Below are positions 25,756 through 35,369 of a stretch of 64,000 nucleotides of DNA, one piece after another. Origin of the DNA: Candidatus Norongarragalinales archaeon (GTDB lineage Archaea > Micrarchaeota > Micrarchaeia > Norongarragalinales > Norongarragalinaceae). Below the pieces are notes generated by a model. That model searched no databases. It saw nothing but the letters and a program-made list of their open reading frames with translations, and had not been told where the DNA came from. How positions within the stretch are numbered: the stretch's first letter is position 1; every line of letters begins with the position of its first letter. The translations under genes were made by a program, and so were the position numbers. Location: NCBI GenBank assembly GCA_038884755.1, contig JAWABJ010000001.1:153792-217791 (forward strand). The letters run 5' to 3'.

Positions 25756-27003
25756 ATGGACAAAAAAAAGGCAATGCTCTGGATATTGTTTTCGGTCGTG
25801 TTTCTTGATCTGCTGGGCTTCGGCTTGGTAATCCCTATTTTCGCGCCTTTGTTCATCAACCCTTCCTACGGACTGCTTCCTTTGGACTACTCTTACGAAA
25901 CGCGCGCGGTTTTGCTCGGTTTGTTTCTCGGCTCTTACGCGATGATGATGTTCTTTTCCACTCCCATTCTCGGCGCGCTGTCGGACAAGCACGGCCGCAA
26001 GAAGCTCTTGATTTTTTCACTCGCGGGAACGGTAGTAGGGTATTTGATTATCGGCGCAGGCGTTTTTACTAAAAACGTTTGGCTGATGTTCGCAGGCCGC
26101 ATTCTCGACGGGATTACGGGCGGCAACATTTCAATCGCGCAAGCCGCTATCGCTGATTTGAGCGACGAGAAATCGAAAGCAAAAAACTTTGGTTTGATAG
26201 GCATGGCTTTCGGGCTGGGTTTCATCATCGGCCCGTTTTTGGGCGGAAAGCTTTCCGACCCGAACGTGGTTTCGTGGTTCAATACCGCGACGCCGTTCTG
26301 GTTTACCGCCGCGTTTTCCCTCTGCGCCTTGCTCTTGCTCGCATGGCGTTTTGAAGAGACTCTGGAGAAAAAGAACGAGCGCATCAAAATCGACGCTTTC
26401 ACTGGCTTGCGCAACGTTGCGAAAGGCCTTGCCATGCGCAATTTGCGCGTGATGTTTGCGGTGCTTATGCTTTTTGCCTTCGGCTTCACTTTCTTCAACC
26501 AGTTTTTCCAAGTGTTTTTGATAAAACGCTTTTCATTCACTCCCGCGCAGATAGGAGATTTCTTCGCTTTCTTCGGGCTGTGCGCCGCATTAACGCAAGG
26601 CGTGATAGTGCGCTGGGTTTCCCCTCGCTTTCCTCCTGAATCCGTGCTTTCCAAAAGCCTGCTGGGCATTTCGTTGTGCATGGCCGCCACGCTGCTCGTT
26701 CCCCAAGCTTGGGGGTTGTACCTGCTCGTGCCTTTGCTTTCTGTCTTTCAAGGGCTTTCCTTCCCCAACACCACCGCCCTTATGTCCAACCTCGCTGGCA
26801 AAGAGTCGCAAGGCGAGATTCTCGGCATAAGCACTTCCATCCAGTCGCTGGGAATGGCTTTGCCGCCTCTGGTTGCAGGACTGATAGCTGCATTGGACTA
26901 TACTTTCCCCGTGTTAGCTGCCAGTTTACTCATGCTTTTAGCTTGGGCGGTTTTCGTTTTTTCCTTCAAGCCTTCTTTGAAACAAGCGTTTCACGAAGCG
27001 TGA
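25756..27003 (+). CDS. MFS transporter (DHA1/tetracycline-resistance-like, 12 TM)
   Basis: MDKKKAMLWILFSVVFLDLLGFGLVIPIF...GALSDKHGRKK...GRILDGITGGNISIAQAAIADL are MFS signatures. Confidence 0.8.
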   Translation: MDKKKAMLWILFSVVFLDLLGFGLVIPIFAPLFINPSYGLLPLDYSYETRAVLLGLFLGSYAMMMFFSTPILGALSDKHGRKKLLIFSLAGTVVGYLIIGAGVFTKNVWLMFAGRILDGITGGNISIAQAAIADLSDEKSKAKNFGLIGMAFGLGFIIGPFLGGKLSDPNVVSWFNTATPFWFTAAFSLCALLLLAWRFEETLEKKNERIKIDAFTGLRNVAKGLAMRNLRVMFAVLMLFAFGFTFFNQFFQVFLIKRFSFTPAQIGDFFAFFGLCAALTQGVIVRWVSPRFPPESVLSKSLLGISLCMAATLLVPQAWGLYLLVPLLSVFQGLSFPNTTALMSNLAGKESQGEILGISTSIQSLGMALPPLVAGLIAALDYTFPVLAASLLMLLAWAVFVFSFKPSLKQAFHEA

Positions 27004-27977
27004 GTTTCGTCGTCAAGCTCTTTCTTCGACTTCCAAAAGAAGAATCCTATAACGGCGAAGGTGATTGCTCCCGAAGTCCACTCGGGAATGTGCATTCCGA
27101 AAGCGTTCAAAATCATTATGCAACCCAAGAAAAGCACGGAGTACATTGCGCCGTTCTTCAAGTACCCGTATTTCTTTACCCGTTCGATGTTGCTTATGGT
27201 CAACTGGCGCACGGCAATTGCTCCCAATCCGCTTCCGATTATTATCAATGGCACAGAGAAAGTGAATGCGAACGCTCCAAGCACCCCGTCGATGGAGAAC
27301 GTTGCGTCTATGACTTCCAAGTACATTATCTTGCTCCAGTCGCTCAAGTGCGTTCCTTCGTGCATTAATTCCCTTTCCTTCATTTCAGCGTTTTGTTTGA
27401 AGCCATGGGTAATGAAAAAAGCCGTCGAGCCCACGACCGCCCCGAAAGCCATCATGTCGTTCTTTTGGAGTGCAAACCACGTGAGTACCGTAAGCAGAAT
27501 TGCGACTACGGTGTAGAACCACACGCCCCTCTTGTAAATTGGCTCTTCCCAACTCATTCCGAACTTCTTTTTCTCGAGGAAAAGCCAGTTCAACCCCAGG
27601 AAAACCATGAACACTCCCGCCATCATTAGCAGCACGGGTTTGCTTTGTTCTATCTGTTCTGCAACCGCCGGGTCTTCGCTCAAGGTTGCGGTGAAAGAGC
27701 CTTGAATGCCGAGGGAAGGGTTTGAAACGAATATTATGAACCACGGCAGCAAGCCCCTGACCAGGAACACGGCGATGAGCATTCCCCAAAGCAAAAACCA
27801 CCTTTTCGCCTTTTCGCTCATCGTGTTCAAAACGTGGGCGTTTATGACCGCGTTGTCCACGCTCAGGATTAGCTCGAATACCGCCAATCCCAAAACAGCT
27901 AGAACTGCGGAAAAAACATCCACCTTGCAAACGCCCTTTTTTTCTTCCTGAAATTGAAAACTAGTTTCGAATTGCAA
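26991..27977 (-). CDS. TerC/DUF475-family integral membrane protein
   Basis: 328 aa polytopic with ...ELILSVDNAVINAHVL..., typical of TerC-like proteins. Its 3' end overlaps the MFS gene 3' end by 13 nt. Confidence 0.6.
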   Translation of the reverse strand: MQFETSFQFQEEKKGVCKVDVFSAVLAVLGLAVFELILSVDNAVINAHVLNTMSEKAKRWFLLWGMLIAVFLVRGLLPWFIIFVSNPSLGIQGSFTATLSEDPAVAEQIEQSKPVLLMMAGVFMVFLGLNWLFLEKKKFGMSWEEPIYKRGVWFYTVVAILLTVLTWFALQKNDMMAFGAVVGSTAFFITHGFKQNAEMKERELMHEGTHLSDWSKIMYLEVIDATFSIDGVLGAFAFTFSVPLIIIGSGLGAIAVRQLTISNIERVKKYGYLKNGAMYSVLFLGCIMILNAFGMHIPEWTSGAITFAVIGFFFWKSKKELDDETHAS

Positions 27978-28012
27978 GGTTAATTAAGTTTTTCAAACCT
28001 TTTTCTATAACT

Positions 28013-28194
28013 GCGGCGATGGTCTAGTGGTATGATCCGAGCCTTCCATTGAATTTTTCTTTTTTTTTACAAAAAAAGAAAAATTCAGTAAAGAAAAAAC
28101 TTTCAGGAAAGCTTGAGGCCCGGGTTCGATAGGGGCGAAACTGCGTTTCTCCCTCTTCCTTTCGGAAAAGGTGCCGAAAATCCCGGTCGCCGCA
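28013..28194 (+). tRNA. tRNA-Gly (anticodon TCC) with two introns (61 nt at 37/38 and about 50 nt in the T-loop)
   Basis: Acceptor GCGGCGA/TCGCCGC plus A; anticodon stem CGAGC/GCTTG (G-U pair) with loop CTTCCA|A; T-arm CCGGG-TTCGA|AT-CCCGG. Intron 1 spans about 28049-28109 and intron 2 about 28130-28179. A T10 tract follows the gene. Confidence 0.65.
28050..28100 (+). repeat. hairpin-family copy inside the anticodon-loop intron of tRNA-Gly (contains a T9 run)
   Basis: TGAATTTTTCTTTTTTTTTACAAAAAAAGAAAAATTCA, followed by GTAAAGAAAAAAC. It is nearly identical to the copy 3' of tRNA-Leu. Confidence 0.75.
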
Positions 28195-28204
28195 CTTTTT
28201 TTTT

Positions 28205-28537
28205 TCAAATCCTGTAAAACTGCAAGTGCGGTATTCCTTTTATTTTCTTTACGTTCGCTTTGTTGAAGCCCAGCGCCTTTTGCGCGGCTGCGACGGACTT
28301 TTCCCCGACAATGTTGACGTTCTCGGCGTTGCGCAGCAATTCCACCGCCTGGATTTCGGTTACGGTGTAGCCTTCGTAGAAAGAACGGTATGCCTTGAGG
28401 TCGAGCGTCTTCTCTCCTTGAGTGAAGCATTTTCCCAAAAGCTCGGTGTCGCACAACGCGAGGATTTTCGTTTCAAAGCCGCGCGCCGAGCGCAAGTGGA
28501 CGCGTGCGGTGATGCTGCTTTTCAAAGCGTTTCTCAC
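28205..28537 (-). CDS. conserved hypothetical protein (110 aa)
   Basis: MRNALKSSITARVHLRSARGFETKILALCDTELLGKCFTQGEKTLDL...IKGIPHLQFYRI has a globular composition. The start codon overlaps the stop of the upstream coiled-coil gene (4-nt overlap), suggesting an operon. Confidence 0.45.
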   Translation of the reverse strand: MRNALKSSITARVHLRSARGFETKILALCDTELLGKCFTQGEKTLDLKAYRSFYEGYTVTEIQAVELLRNAENVNIVGEKSVAAAQKALGFNKANVKKIKGIPHLQFYRI

Positions 28538-28893
28538 TTTTTGCCGTACTTCTTGAAGTAATCTTCCAAAAGCTCTTTTACTTGGTCTATCGTGGCGAAT
28601 TCCAAGGGGTTTATTTCTTCGAGCAGGGCCTTGAGCTCGCGCAGTTCCTGCCTGGTGGCGAACTTGCTTTCGTCTATTTGCGCCCCCCTTCCTCCTCCGC
28701 CTTCCCTCGCGACTTTCTCTACCTTCTCGTTCAACGTGATGAGCGTGCGGCCCATGATTTCCTCGTTTTTTTCCATGGTTTTTAGCTTTTGGGCTATGAG
28801 GTTTATCTTGGAATCGAGGGTCTGCAGTTCGGAATTAAATGCTTCCAGAACGTCCTGTGGTTTTGCGGGCCTTTGCGGCGGCATTGTCATCAA
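28534..28893 (-). CDS. coiled-coil protein (119 aa), hypothetical
   Basis: Two heptad-rich segments are separated by a G-rich loop (REGGGGRGAQ). Confidence 0.45.
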   Translation of the reverse strand: MMTMPPQRPAKPQDVLEAFNSELQTLDSKINLIAQKLKTMEKNEEIMGRTLITLNEKVEKVAREGGGGRGAQIDESKFATRQELRELKALLEEINPLEFATIDQVKELLEDYFKKYGKK

Positions 28894-29129
28894 TCCCCTT
28901 TTTGAGCGTGTTGGTCAAACCGTTTCACGCAGCCGGCTCTTAAATAGGTTTGCCGGCGCTCCCGCAAATATAATATAGACGTCGGCTATCCACGTCTAAA
29001 AGGACTGGTTTTAAAAGCCGACTTCTATAGCTGCAGAAATGCAATGCATTCGTCCGCTTGCTGAAGCAAACGGTTTTCTGCATTTCTGCATAAAACTCTT
29101 GGGCTGGTAGAAACTTAAGGTGGGTTTTT

Positions 29130-31580
29130 TTGAAGGGGGATAAAAACGGCGTATTGCGGGCTTTCCTGCTTGAAGTCGACCACGCTCTGGTCGAAGGCGA
29201 GAGCGCCGTGCGCCTCATGCTTAAGCTGGAAGACGGGCGCACTATACGCTTGTACGACTCTTTCGAGCCTTACTTTCTCGTAAAGCCTGCTGAAAAAAGC
29301 GAACTGCAAAAGTGCAAAGAAAACTTGGAGAAAATGCGCGCCTTCGGAAAATCCGGCGAAGTCAAGGCAAAGCGGGTGGAGGAAACGCAGCTTTCCTTCA
29401 GAAACCAACGCTTGCAGTTGCTGAAAGTTTTCGCTTTCCGCGCGTCCGACGTGCCCTTGCTGCGCAAAGATGCTGAAAAGCACGGCGTTCCGTTCGAGTT
29501 CGACATTCCCTACACGCGGCGCTATCTTTTGGACAAGCGCCTTCGCCCTAACGCCTTGCATGAAGTGGCGCACGATGGGCTGAAAGTAAAGGCAATAAGG
29601 GTGTTGGATTTGCAAGGTGAAACTCCGAAATTCCGCATGCTTTCTCTTGATATTGAAACTTACAATCCGGACTCGATGCCCAATGCAGAGAAAGACCCTG
29701 TTTTGATGATCGGCTTTGACGGCGAAGCGAAAGGCGTTTTTTCGTTCAAGAAAAAGTTTTCTCGCGATTTTGTTAAGGCTTTCGCTTCCGAGAAGGAAAT
29801 GATAGAGGCGTACTGCGCTTTGCTCAAGGAAAAGAAAATCGATTTGGTGTGCACTTACAACGGCGACCAGTTCGACTTGCCTTACTTGGACACCCGTTCG
29901 AAGCGCATAGGCGCTTCGTTGCGGTTGGGAAGGGACAAGACTCCTGTGAAAACCAAGCGCCTTGGCTTGCGGAATGTTTCTAAAATTTCCGGGAGGATTC
30001 ACTACGACGTTTTTCCCGTCGCTTCGTTCTTGAATTTCATCGGCACGATCAAAGTGGAGCGCCTTACGCTGGAGGAAGTTTATGCGACGGTTCTGGGCGG
30101 AAAAAAGCTGGGCGTAAAAAAGGAAGAAATCCACAGGATTTGGGATTCCGGCTCGCAGAAAGAACTCGATTTTCTCGCGGAGTACTGCCTTACGGATGCG
30201 ATAGCGTGCATAGCGCTCACCAAACACTTCCTGCACTTACATATGGAATTGGGAAAGCTGGTGCAAATGCCGCTGTCGGAAGTTTCGCGCGCGACCGCGT
30301 CGCAATTGGTGGAAACGTACCTGCTGGGAAAGGCTTTTGCGCGCAACGAACTCGTTCCCAACAAACCTTCTTCCACCGACATTTACTCGCGGCAGTCGCC
30401 CGTGGAAGGCGCTTTCGTGAAAACTCCCGACGCGGGGCTGTACGAGAACATTGCGGTCCTGGATTTCCGTTCGCTGTACCCCTCCATAATAATTTCGCAC
30501 AACATCGACGCTACCACTTTCAACTGCGACTGCTGCGGGAAAGACGGCTTCGTTTCGCCGCAAGGGCACCGGTTTTGCAAAAAACGCAAGGGGATAATTC
30601 CGGAAATGCTCGAGGAGATTTTGAAGGAGCGCACGCGCATACGCTCTGAAATGAAAAAGCTCGAGCCTTCTTCGAAGGAATACAGGGCTTTGGATGCCAG
30701 GCAGTGGAGTTTAAAGATTCTTGCGAACAGCACTTACGGTTATTTGCTTTACGCACGCTCGCGGTGGTACTCCCGCGAGGGCGGGGAGGCGACTACCGCG
30801 TGGGGGAGGCACTACGTGCAGGACGTGCTGAAAAAGGCAGAAGAGTTCGGGCTCAAGCCTTTGTATGCCGATACGGATTCGGCGTTCTTGCTTTATGAAG
30901 ACAAGAAGAAGGTGGTGGAGTTCCAGAAGAAAGTCAACTCTTCTCTTCCCGAAGCCATGCAGTTGGAGCTAGAGGGTTTTTACCCGCGCGGGATTTTCGT
31001 TTCCAGGAAAGTGAAGGGGGCGGAGGAGAAGGGTGCGAAGAAGAAGTACGCGCTTATCGGCGAGGACGGGAAAATCAAAATCCGGGGTTTCGAGCTTGTA
31101 CGCAGGGACTGGAGCAAAATCGCGCGGGAGACGCAGCGCAAGGTTTTGGAACTGATGCTGAAGGAAGGCAGCGTGGAAAATGCTGTCGCGCTGGTGAAAA
31201 ACGTCTTGCTGGAGCTTAAGGCAGGGAAGGTTCCTCTTGAAGACTGTGTGATATACACTCAGCTTCGCAAGAGCGCTTCCTCGTACGAAGTGCTTTCGCC
31301 AGAATTGGGCGCGGTGGAGCATGCCCGGAAACAAGGGATTAGGGTTCCTGCCAACGCTGTCATTGGATATGTGGTCACGAAAGAAGGGAAGGAAGCGTCG
31401 AAAAGCAAGCAGAAGATTCACTTGCAGTCTAGGCTCGTCGAACTTGCGAAAGATTACGACGCCGACTATTACATAAACCACCAGGTTTTGCCTGCGGTGC
31501 TTCGTATTCTGGGTTCGTTGGGTTTCGACGAGGATTCCTTGAAAAACAAGGGAAAGCAGACTGGCTTGGGCTCGTGGTGA
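29130..31580 (+). CDS. polB: family B DNA polymerase (PolB)
   Basis: 816 aa. Exonuclease motif LSLDIETYN, polymerase motifs DFRSLYPSII, KILANSTYGY and YADTDS. No intein is present. Confidence 0.9.
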   Translation: MKGDKNGVLRAFLLEVDHALVEGESAVRLMLKLEDGRTIRLYDSFEPYFLVKPAEKSELQKCKENLEKMRAFGKSGEVKAKRVEETQLSFRNQRLQLLKVFAFRASDVPLLRKDAEKHGVPFEFDIPYTRRYLLDKRLRPNALHEVAHDGLKVKAIRVLDLQGETPKFRMLSLDIETYNPDSMPNAEKDPVLMIGFDGEAKGVFSFKKKFSRDFVKAFASEKEMIEAYCALLKEKKIDLVCTYNGDQFDLPYLDTRSKRIGASLRLGRDKTPVKTKRLGLRNVSKISGRIHYDVFPVASFLNFIGTIKVERLTLEEVYATVLGGKKLGVKKEEIHRIWDSGSQKELDFLAEYCLTDAIACIALTKHFLHLHMELGKLVQMPLSEVSRATASQLVETYLLGKAFARNELVPNKPSSTDIYSRQSPVEGAFVKTPDAGLYENIAVLDFRSLYPSIIISHNIDATTFNCDCCGKDGFVSPQGHRFCKKRKGIIPEMLEEILKERTRIRSEMKKLEPSSKEYRALDARQWSLKILANSTYGYLLYARSRWYSREGGEATTAWGRHYVQDVLKKAEEFGLKPLYADTDSAFLLYEDKKKVVEFQKKVNSSLPEAMQLELEGFYPRGIFVSRKVKGAEEKGAKKKYALIGEDGKIKIRGFELVRRDWSKIARETQRKVLELMLKEGSVENAVALVKNVLLELKAGKVPLEDCVIYTQLRKSASSYEVLSPELGAVEHARKQGIRVPANAVIGYVVTKEGKEASKSKQKIHLQSRLVELAKDYDADYYINHQVLPAVLRILGSLGFDEDSLKNKGKQTGLGSW

Positions 31581-31633
31581 AAACCGAAAACCGTTTTAAA
31601 TGCGCGCGCAGTAAGATTTTCAAGGGTTGTTTG

Positions 31634-31981
31634 ATGATAATAAGCAGGCAGGTTCTTTTGGTCATCGCCTTAGCCATGCTGGCAGTTTCGCTCGTGTTCT
31701 TAACTTGGGTTTTGCAACTCCCGTCCTATGCGCCGCAGGCTGTGGGGTACGTTCCTCCTGCCGTGGGTATAGTTTCGGTGGAAGTCGTGGCTACCGCAAC
31801 GCCTTCGGCTACTGCAGACCCCGCGGTCGTGGACTTTTGCTCTTCCTATCCGAAAGACTTGCAGCAAGCTTGCGTTGACGGAATAACCGCCGGAGGGGGA
31901 AGAATTCCCGAAAGCTCGCAAGACTGCGAGCTCGTTCCAGAAGAACTGCGCGAAGAGTGCATGCGGAATTTCGCGGGCTAG
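31634..31981 (+). CDS. small membrane-anchored protein, hypothetical
   Basis: MIISRQVLLVIALAMLAVSLVFLTWVLQLPSYAPQAVGYVPPAVG, then a Cys-containing C-terminal part. It has weak similarity to the next small ORF. Confidence 0.35.
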   Translation: MIISRQVLLVIALAMLAVSLVFLTWVLQLPSYAPQAVGYVPPAVGIVSVEVVATATPSATADPAVVDFCSSYPKDLQQACVDGITAGGGRIPESSQDCELVPEELREECMRNFAG

Positions 31982-32046
31982 GTGCTTTCACTCGCACGAC
32001 GCTTTTAAAAACAAGTTTGAATCATTTTTTACCGGGGGGTTTAACA

Positions 32047-32268
32047 ATGTTGGAAAAACATTCGGTTTTGCTCGTGGCAATTGGCTTTCTGGCTTTGTCC
32101 GTAGCCTTCTTCGTTTGGGTTGCGTTTTTGCCTCCCGCTCCTTTGGTGCCAGTGAACAACCAAATTCCTCAAGCCGGGCGGGTTGAAGCCTACGTTTTGC
32201 CTCCCAGCCCGACGCCTTGGCAGGAGGCGCCTGCCACTCCGTCTCCGCCCGAAGAGGAGCAGGCTTAA
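32047..32268 (+). CDS. small membrane-anchored Pro-rich protein, hypothetical
   Basis: MLEKHSVLLVAIGFLALSVAFFVWVAFLPPAPLVPVNNQIP...PSPPEEEQA. Confidence 0.3.
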   Translation: MLEKHSVLLVAIGFLALSVAFFVWVAFLPPAPLVPVNNQIPQAGRVEAYVLPPSPTPWQEAPATPSPPEEEQA

Positions 32269-32356
32269 ACTCCCGTTGTTTCCCGCGCTTTTTGATTCGA
32301 TCACGTTTGTATGCATAAAATGCCTTTCAATGTTTTTTTTTTGCGTGTGAAGAAAA

Positions 32357-33241
32357 ATGGTTTCCGAGGAAGAATTGAAGAATTATTTGCAAGCGGCTAG
32401 GGTGCACGAGGCTGCGCAGGAAACAGCGCGCAGCGTGGTGAAAGAAGGAGCGGGCGTCCTGGCCGCAGCGAATGCGATTGAAAAGGAGATTGTGGATTCC
32501 GGCGGAAAGCCCGCTTTTCCCGTCAACATTTCCTTCGACAGCGAAGCGGCGCACAACACTCCTGTTGTGGGCGACAAGCGGGTGTTTGCGAGAGAAGTTG
32601 TGAAAGTTGATATTGGCGTGCATGTCGCCGGTTGCATAATAGATTCTGGGTTTACCATGGATTTGGGCGGCGAGCAAGGAAAGCTCGTGGAAGCAAGCGA
32701 ACAGGCGTTGAAAGACGCTTTGAGCGTGATGCGCGCGGGAGCAAAAGCGAAGGAAGTCGGTGCAGTAATAGAGAAAACCATCCGAAACAAGGGCTTCAAG
32801 CCCGTGGAAAACTTGTCGGGGCACTTGCTCGAGCCGTATAACCTTCATGCAGGCGTGGAAGTTCCGAATGTTGCGAAAGGCGGGGAGCATGTTTTTGAGG
32901 AAGGCGAGGTTTTTGCCGTCGAGCCTTTTGCTTCCACGGGCGCGGGGTTCGTTAGCGACGGGCCGGCTCCAGCGGAAATTTTTTCGATAATCGCGTTGAA
33001 GAACGTGCGCATGCAGCGCAGCCGCGAGTTTTTGCACAAGGTGTTCGAAGAGCGGCAGCTTTTGCCTTTCGCCAAGCGCTGGTTTGCCGAGGAAAAAATG
33101 CTGGATTTCACGTTGCGCGATTTGGCCAGGCAAGGCGTATTGCACGACTACCCTGTTTTGGTAGACGAGGGCAAGGGCTTGGTTTCTCAGGCGGAGTCTA
33201 CAGTGATTATAGAAAAGGATTCCGTGCGCGTGCTCGTTTGA
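32357..33241 (+). CDS. map: methionine aminopeptidase, type 2 (archaeal)
   Basis: 294 aa beginning FPVNISFDSEAAHNTP...VKVDIGVHVAGCIIDSGFT...GHLLEPYNLH. It has the pita-bread fold metal ligands. Confidence 0.9.
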   Translation: MVSEEELKNYLQAARVHEAAQETARSVVKEGAGVLAAANAIEKEIVDSGGKPAFPVNISFDSEAAHNTPVVGDKRVFAREVVKVDIGVHVAGCIIDSGFTMDLGGEQGKLVEASEQALKDALSVMRAGAKAKEVGAVIEKTIRNKGFKPVENLSGHLLEPYNLHAGVEVPNVAKGGEHVFEEGEVFAVEPFASTGAGFVSDGPAPAEIFSIIALKNVRMQRSREFLHKVFEERQLLPFAKRWFAEEKMLDFTLRDLARQGVLHDYPVLVDEGKGLVSQAESTVIIEKDSVRVLV

Positions 33242-33257
33242 GCGGTTATGCAGAACT

Positions 33258-34202
33258 TTATTTAGCGCCGAGCAACAGCGCAATCAACGCCATTCTCACT
33301 GGCACGCCGTTCGCTGCTTGGCGGAAGTATGCCGCGCGAAGATCGCCGTCAACGCTTTCTTCTATTTCCCCTATCCTGGGCAAGGGGTGCATTACTATTG
33401 ATTTCGGCTTCATTTTCGACAAAAGCGAATTGTCCACGTGATACAACGACTTTAGTTTTTGGTAGTCGTCTTGCGGAGAAAGGCGTTCTTTCTGCAAGCG
33501 CGTGACGTAAAGAACGTCGAGGTTGCCTGCAATTTGGCTGACGTTTTCGCAAAACTCCACGCGCGAGCCTTTCGCTTCTGCCTTCTTAACGTATTCTCCG
33601 GGCATTTGCAGCGAAGGCGGCGCTATGCAATAGAAATTCGCGCCGAAGCGCGATGCGCCCATTATGAGCGAATGGACTGTGCGCCCGTACTTCAAATCGC
33701 CGTAAAACCCTATGTTCACGTCCAGTCTTCCCAACTCCTTCTTGATTGTGTACAAATCAAGCAGCGTTTGCGTAGGGTGTTCGCCCTTACCTTCCCCCCC
33801 GCTTATCACGGGTATCGAGGCATATTCGGCCGCGAGGGAAAGCGAGTTCGGTTGCGAGTGCCGCATTGCTATCACGTCGGCATAGCCGTCGATAATGCGG
33901 ATGGTGTCCTGCAAAGTTTCTCCTTTGGCTACAGAAGTCCCGCTGGTGTCGGAAAAGCCTATTGCGCTTCCGCCGAGGCGAAGCATGGCCGTTTGGAAAG
34001 AGAATTGCGTGCGCGTGGAAGGCTCGAAAAAAAGCGTGGCGAGAACCTTGCCTTGGCAAAGCGTGGTCGGCCTGTGCTTGGCTTCCTCCATTTCCGCGGC
34101 GGTTTCCAAAACGCTTTGCACTTCCGAGTCGGCGAAATCGTTTATTGAAATCAAGTCGCGTCCTTTCAGGGAACCCATCTTTCCCACCAACTCCCCCACC
34201 AA
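33258..34202 (-). CDS. pyrB: aspartate carbamoyltransferase catalytic subunit
   Basis: Motifs STRTQFSF, HPTQ and HPLPR are present. The likely start is MGSLKGRDLISINDF. No pyrI is adjacent. Confidence 0.9.
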   Translation of the reverse strand: MVGELVGKMGSLKGRDLISINDFADSEVQSVLETAAEMEEAKHRPTTLCQGKVLATLFFEPSTRTQFSFQTAMLRLGGSAIGFSDTSGTSVAKGETLQDTIRIIDGYADVIAMRHSQPNSLSLAAEYASIPVISGGEGKGEHPTQTLLDLYTIKKELGRLDVNIGFYGDLKYGRTVHSLIMGASRFGANFYCIAPPSLQMPGEYVKKAEAKGSRVEFCENVSQIAGNLDVLYVTRLQKERLSPQDDYQKLKSLYHVDNSLLSKMKPKSIVMHPLPRIGEIEESVDGDLRAAYFRQAANGVPVRMALIALLLGAK

Positions 34203-34231
34203 GCAAATTGTTGGGTCAAGTTTTTATTTGA

Positions 34232-35323
34232 GTGTGTTTTTCTTCTTTCATGCCCGCGGACTCCAAACAAGGCAAACCCCCCGTAGTGAAACCCGCGCCT
34301 CCTGTGCAGGAAGTCCACAAGGAAATAGTCATCCCCTTGCGTTTCAAGGTTGGAAAAGAGTTTACTTCGAAACTGCCTTTCCTCGTCGCCTTGTTCCTGT
34401 TCTTTTCCTTTTCTATGGTGATGTTCGACAAGAGCAACTTCAAAACGACGGACTTGAGCGACTTGCAGCGCGTGTATTTCAACATTCCCAAGCTCTACAG
34501 CCTTTCGTTTATTCTCTTCATGGTTCTCTTTTCCCTTGCCATGGCGCTAGGCATATACTATTCCATCGGCTTAGGGTGGATTCCTTCTTTGCTTGTCGTT
34601 CCCGCCACGTTCCTTCCAGCGGTAGTCGCTGGAATGCTGTTCTTTCCCGCCTTGACCGGCGCGTTCATGGTCTTCGCCTTGACGATTTCGTTCACTTCCC
34701 TCGTTGCATCGTTCTGGCCCGGATACTCCCTGTCCCGCGCATGGTCGATACTGAGCCTTTCGATGGTGTTGTTCGCTTTGCTGGCGTTTTTCGTGGTTTT
34801 CTACAAGGTTGCCGAGAACAAGGACGTGCATGTCGACTTGTTCTTGAACTCGCTCGTGGCGCAGTCTCAAGGCGGGGGTTTGGGAAGCATTTCCATTCCC
34901 GCGCAAGTGATTTCATCTTCATTGACCAAGGATGATTTCGCCTCGTTCATAACCCAGAACGACATTCGCGATCTGCTTCTTTCCAGCTATCCCAACTTCG
35001 CTTCGCTTTCCGACCAGGAAAAGGAGGCGGCGATAACGGCGTTTCACACTAAAATGGTTGATTTGGGCTTCAAGTCGTTCCAGGAGAATTCCGGCTTGAT
35101 TTCGGACGCGTTGGGGCGCTCGCTGTCTTCGCGCTTCGCGAGCGGTTCCGAGGCGTTGAAACAGCAGATTTACCTTTTGCCCCAGTTTAAGCTCATTTAC
35201 GACCGCTACGCGTTCTTTTCAGGGGCGTTGGCTGCGCTGGTGGCGTCGTTCATCGCGATTTTCATCCAAATCCTCGCAGTCGCCTTTCTTTTCGCCTTGC
35301 ACAAGCTCGTTCCGCAGCCTTGA
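34232..35323 (+). CDS. polytopic membrane protein (363 aa), hypothetical
   Basis: Six or more hydrophobic helices, with a soluble segment carrying FASFITQNDIRDLLLSSYPNFASLSDQEKEAAI. Confidence 0.5.
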   Translation: MCFSSFMPADSKQGKPPVVKPAPPVQEVHKEIVIPLRFKVGKEFTSKLPFLVALFLFFSFSMVMFDKSNFKTTDLSDLQRVYFNIPKLYSLSFILFMVLFSLAMALGIYYSIGLGWIPSLLVVPATFLPAVVAGMLFFPALTGAFMVFALTISFTSLVASFWPGYSLSRAWSILSLSMVLFALLAFFVVFYKVAENKDVHVDLFLNSLVAQSQGGGLGSISIPAQVISSSLTKDDFASFITQNDIRDLLLSSYPNFASLSDQEKEAAITAFHTKMVDLGFKSFQENSGLISDALGRSLSSRFASGSEALKQQIYLLPQFKLIYDRYAFFSGALAALVASFIAIFIQILAVAFLFALHKLVPQP

Positions 35324-35369
35324 AAATCAGCTGGTTTTATTTCTTTGCGCGGGCAAACTATTCTACAGT

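Noticed and set aside
29115-30236. 373-aa minus-strand ORF inside polB, and 30969..31481 (-)
   Set aside because: They are antisense to the PolB motifs (LDIETY, SLYPSII, YGY, YADTDS), with no domain signal.
33895-34935. 346-aa + ORF bridging pyrB (-) and the 34232 membrane-protein gene
   Set aside because: Its first part is antisense to pyrB and the rest is out of frame with the clearly hydrophobic 34232..35323 protein; it has no features.
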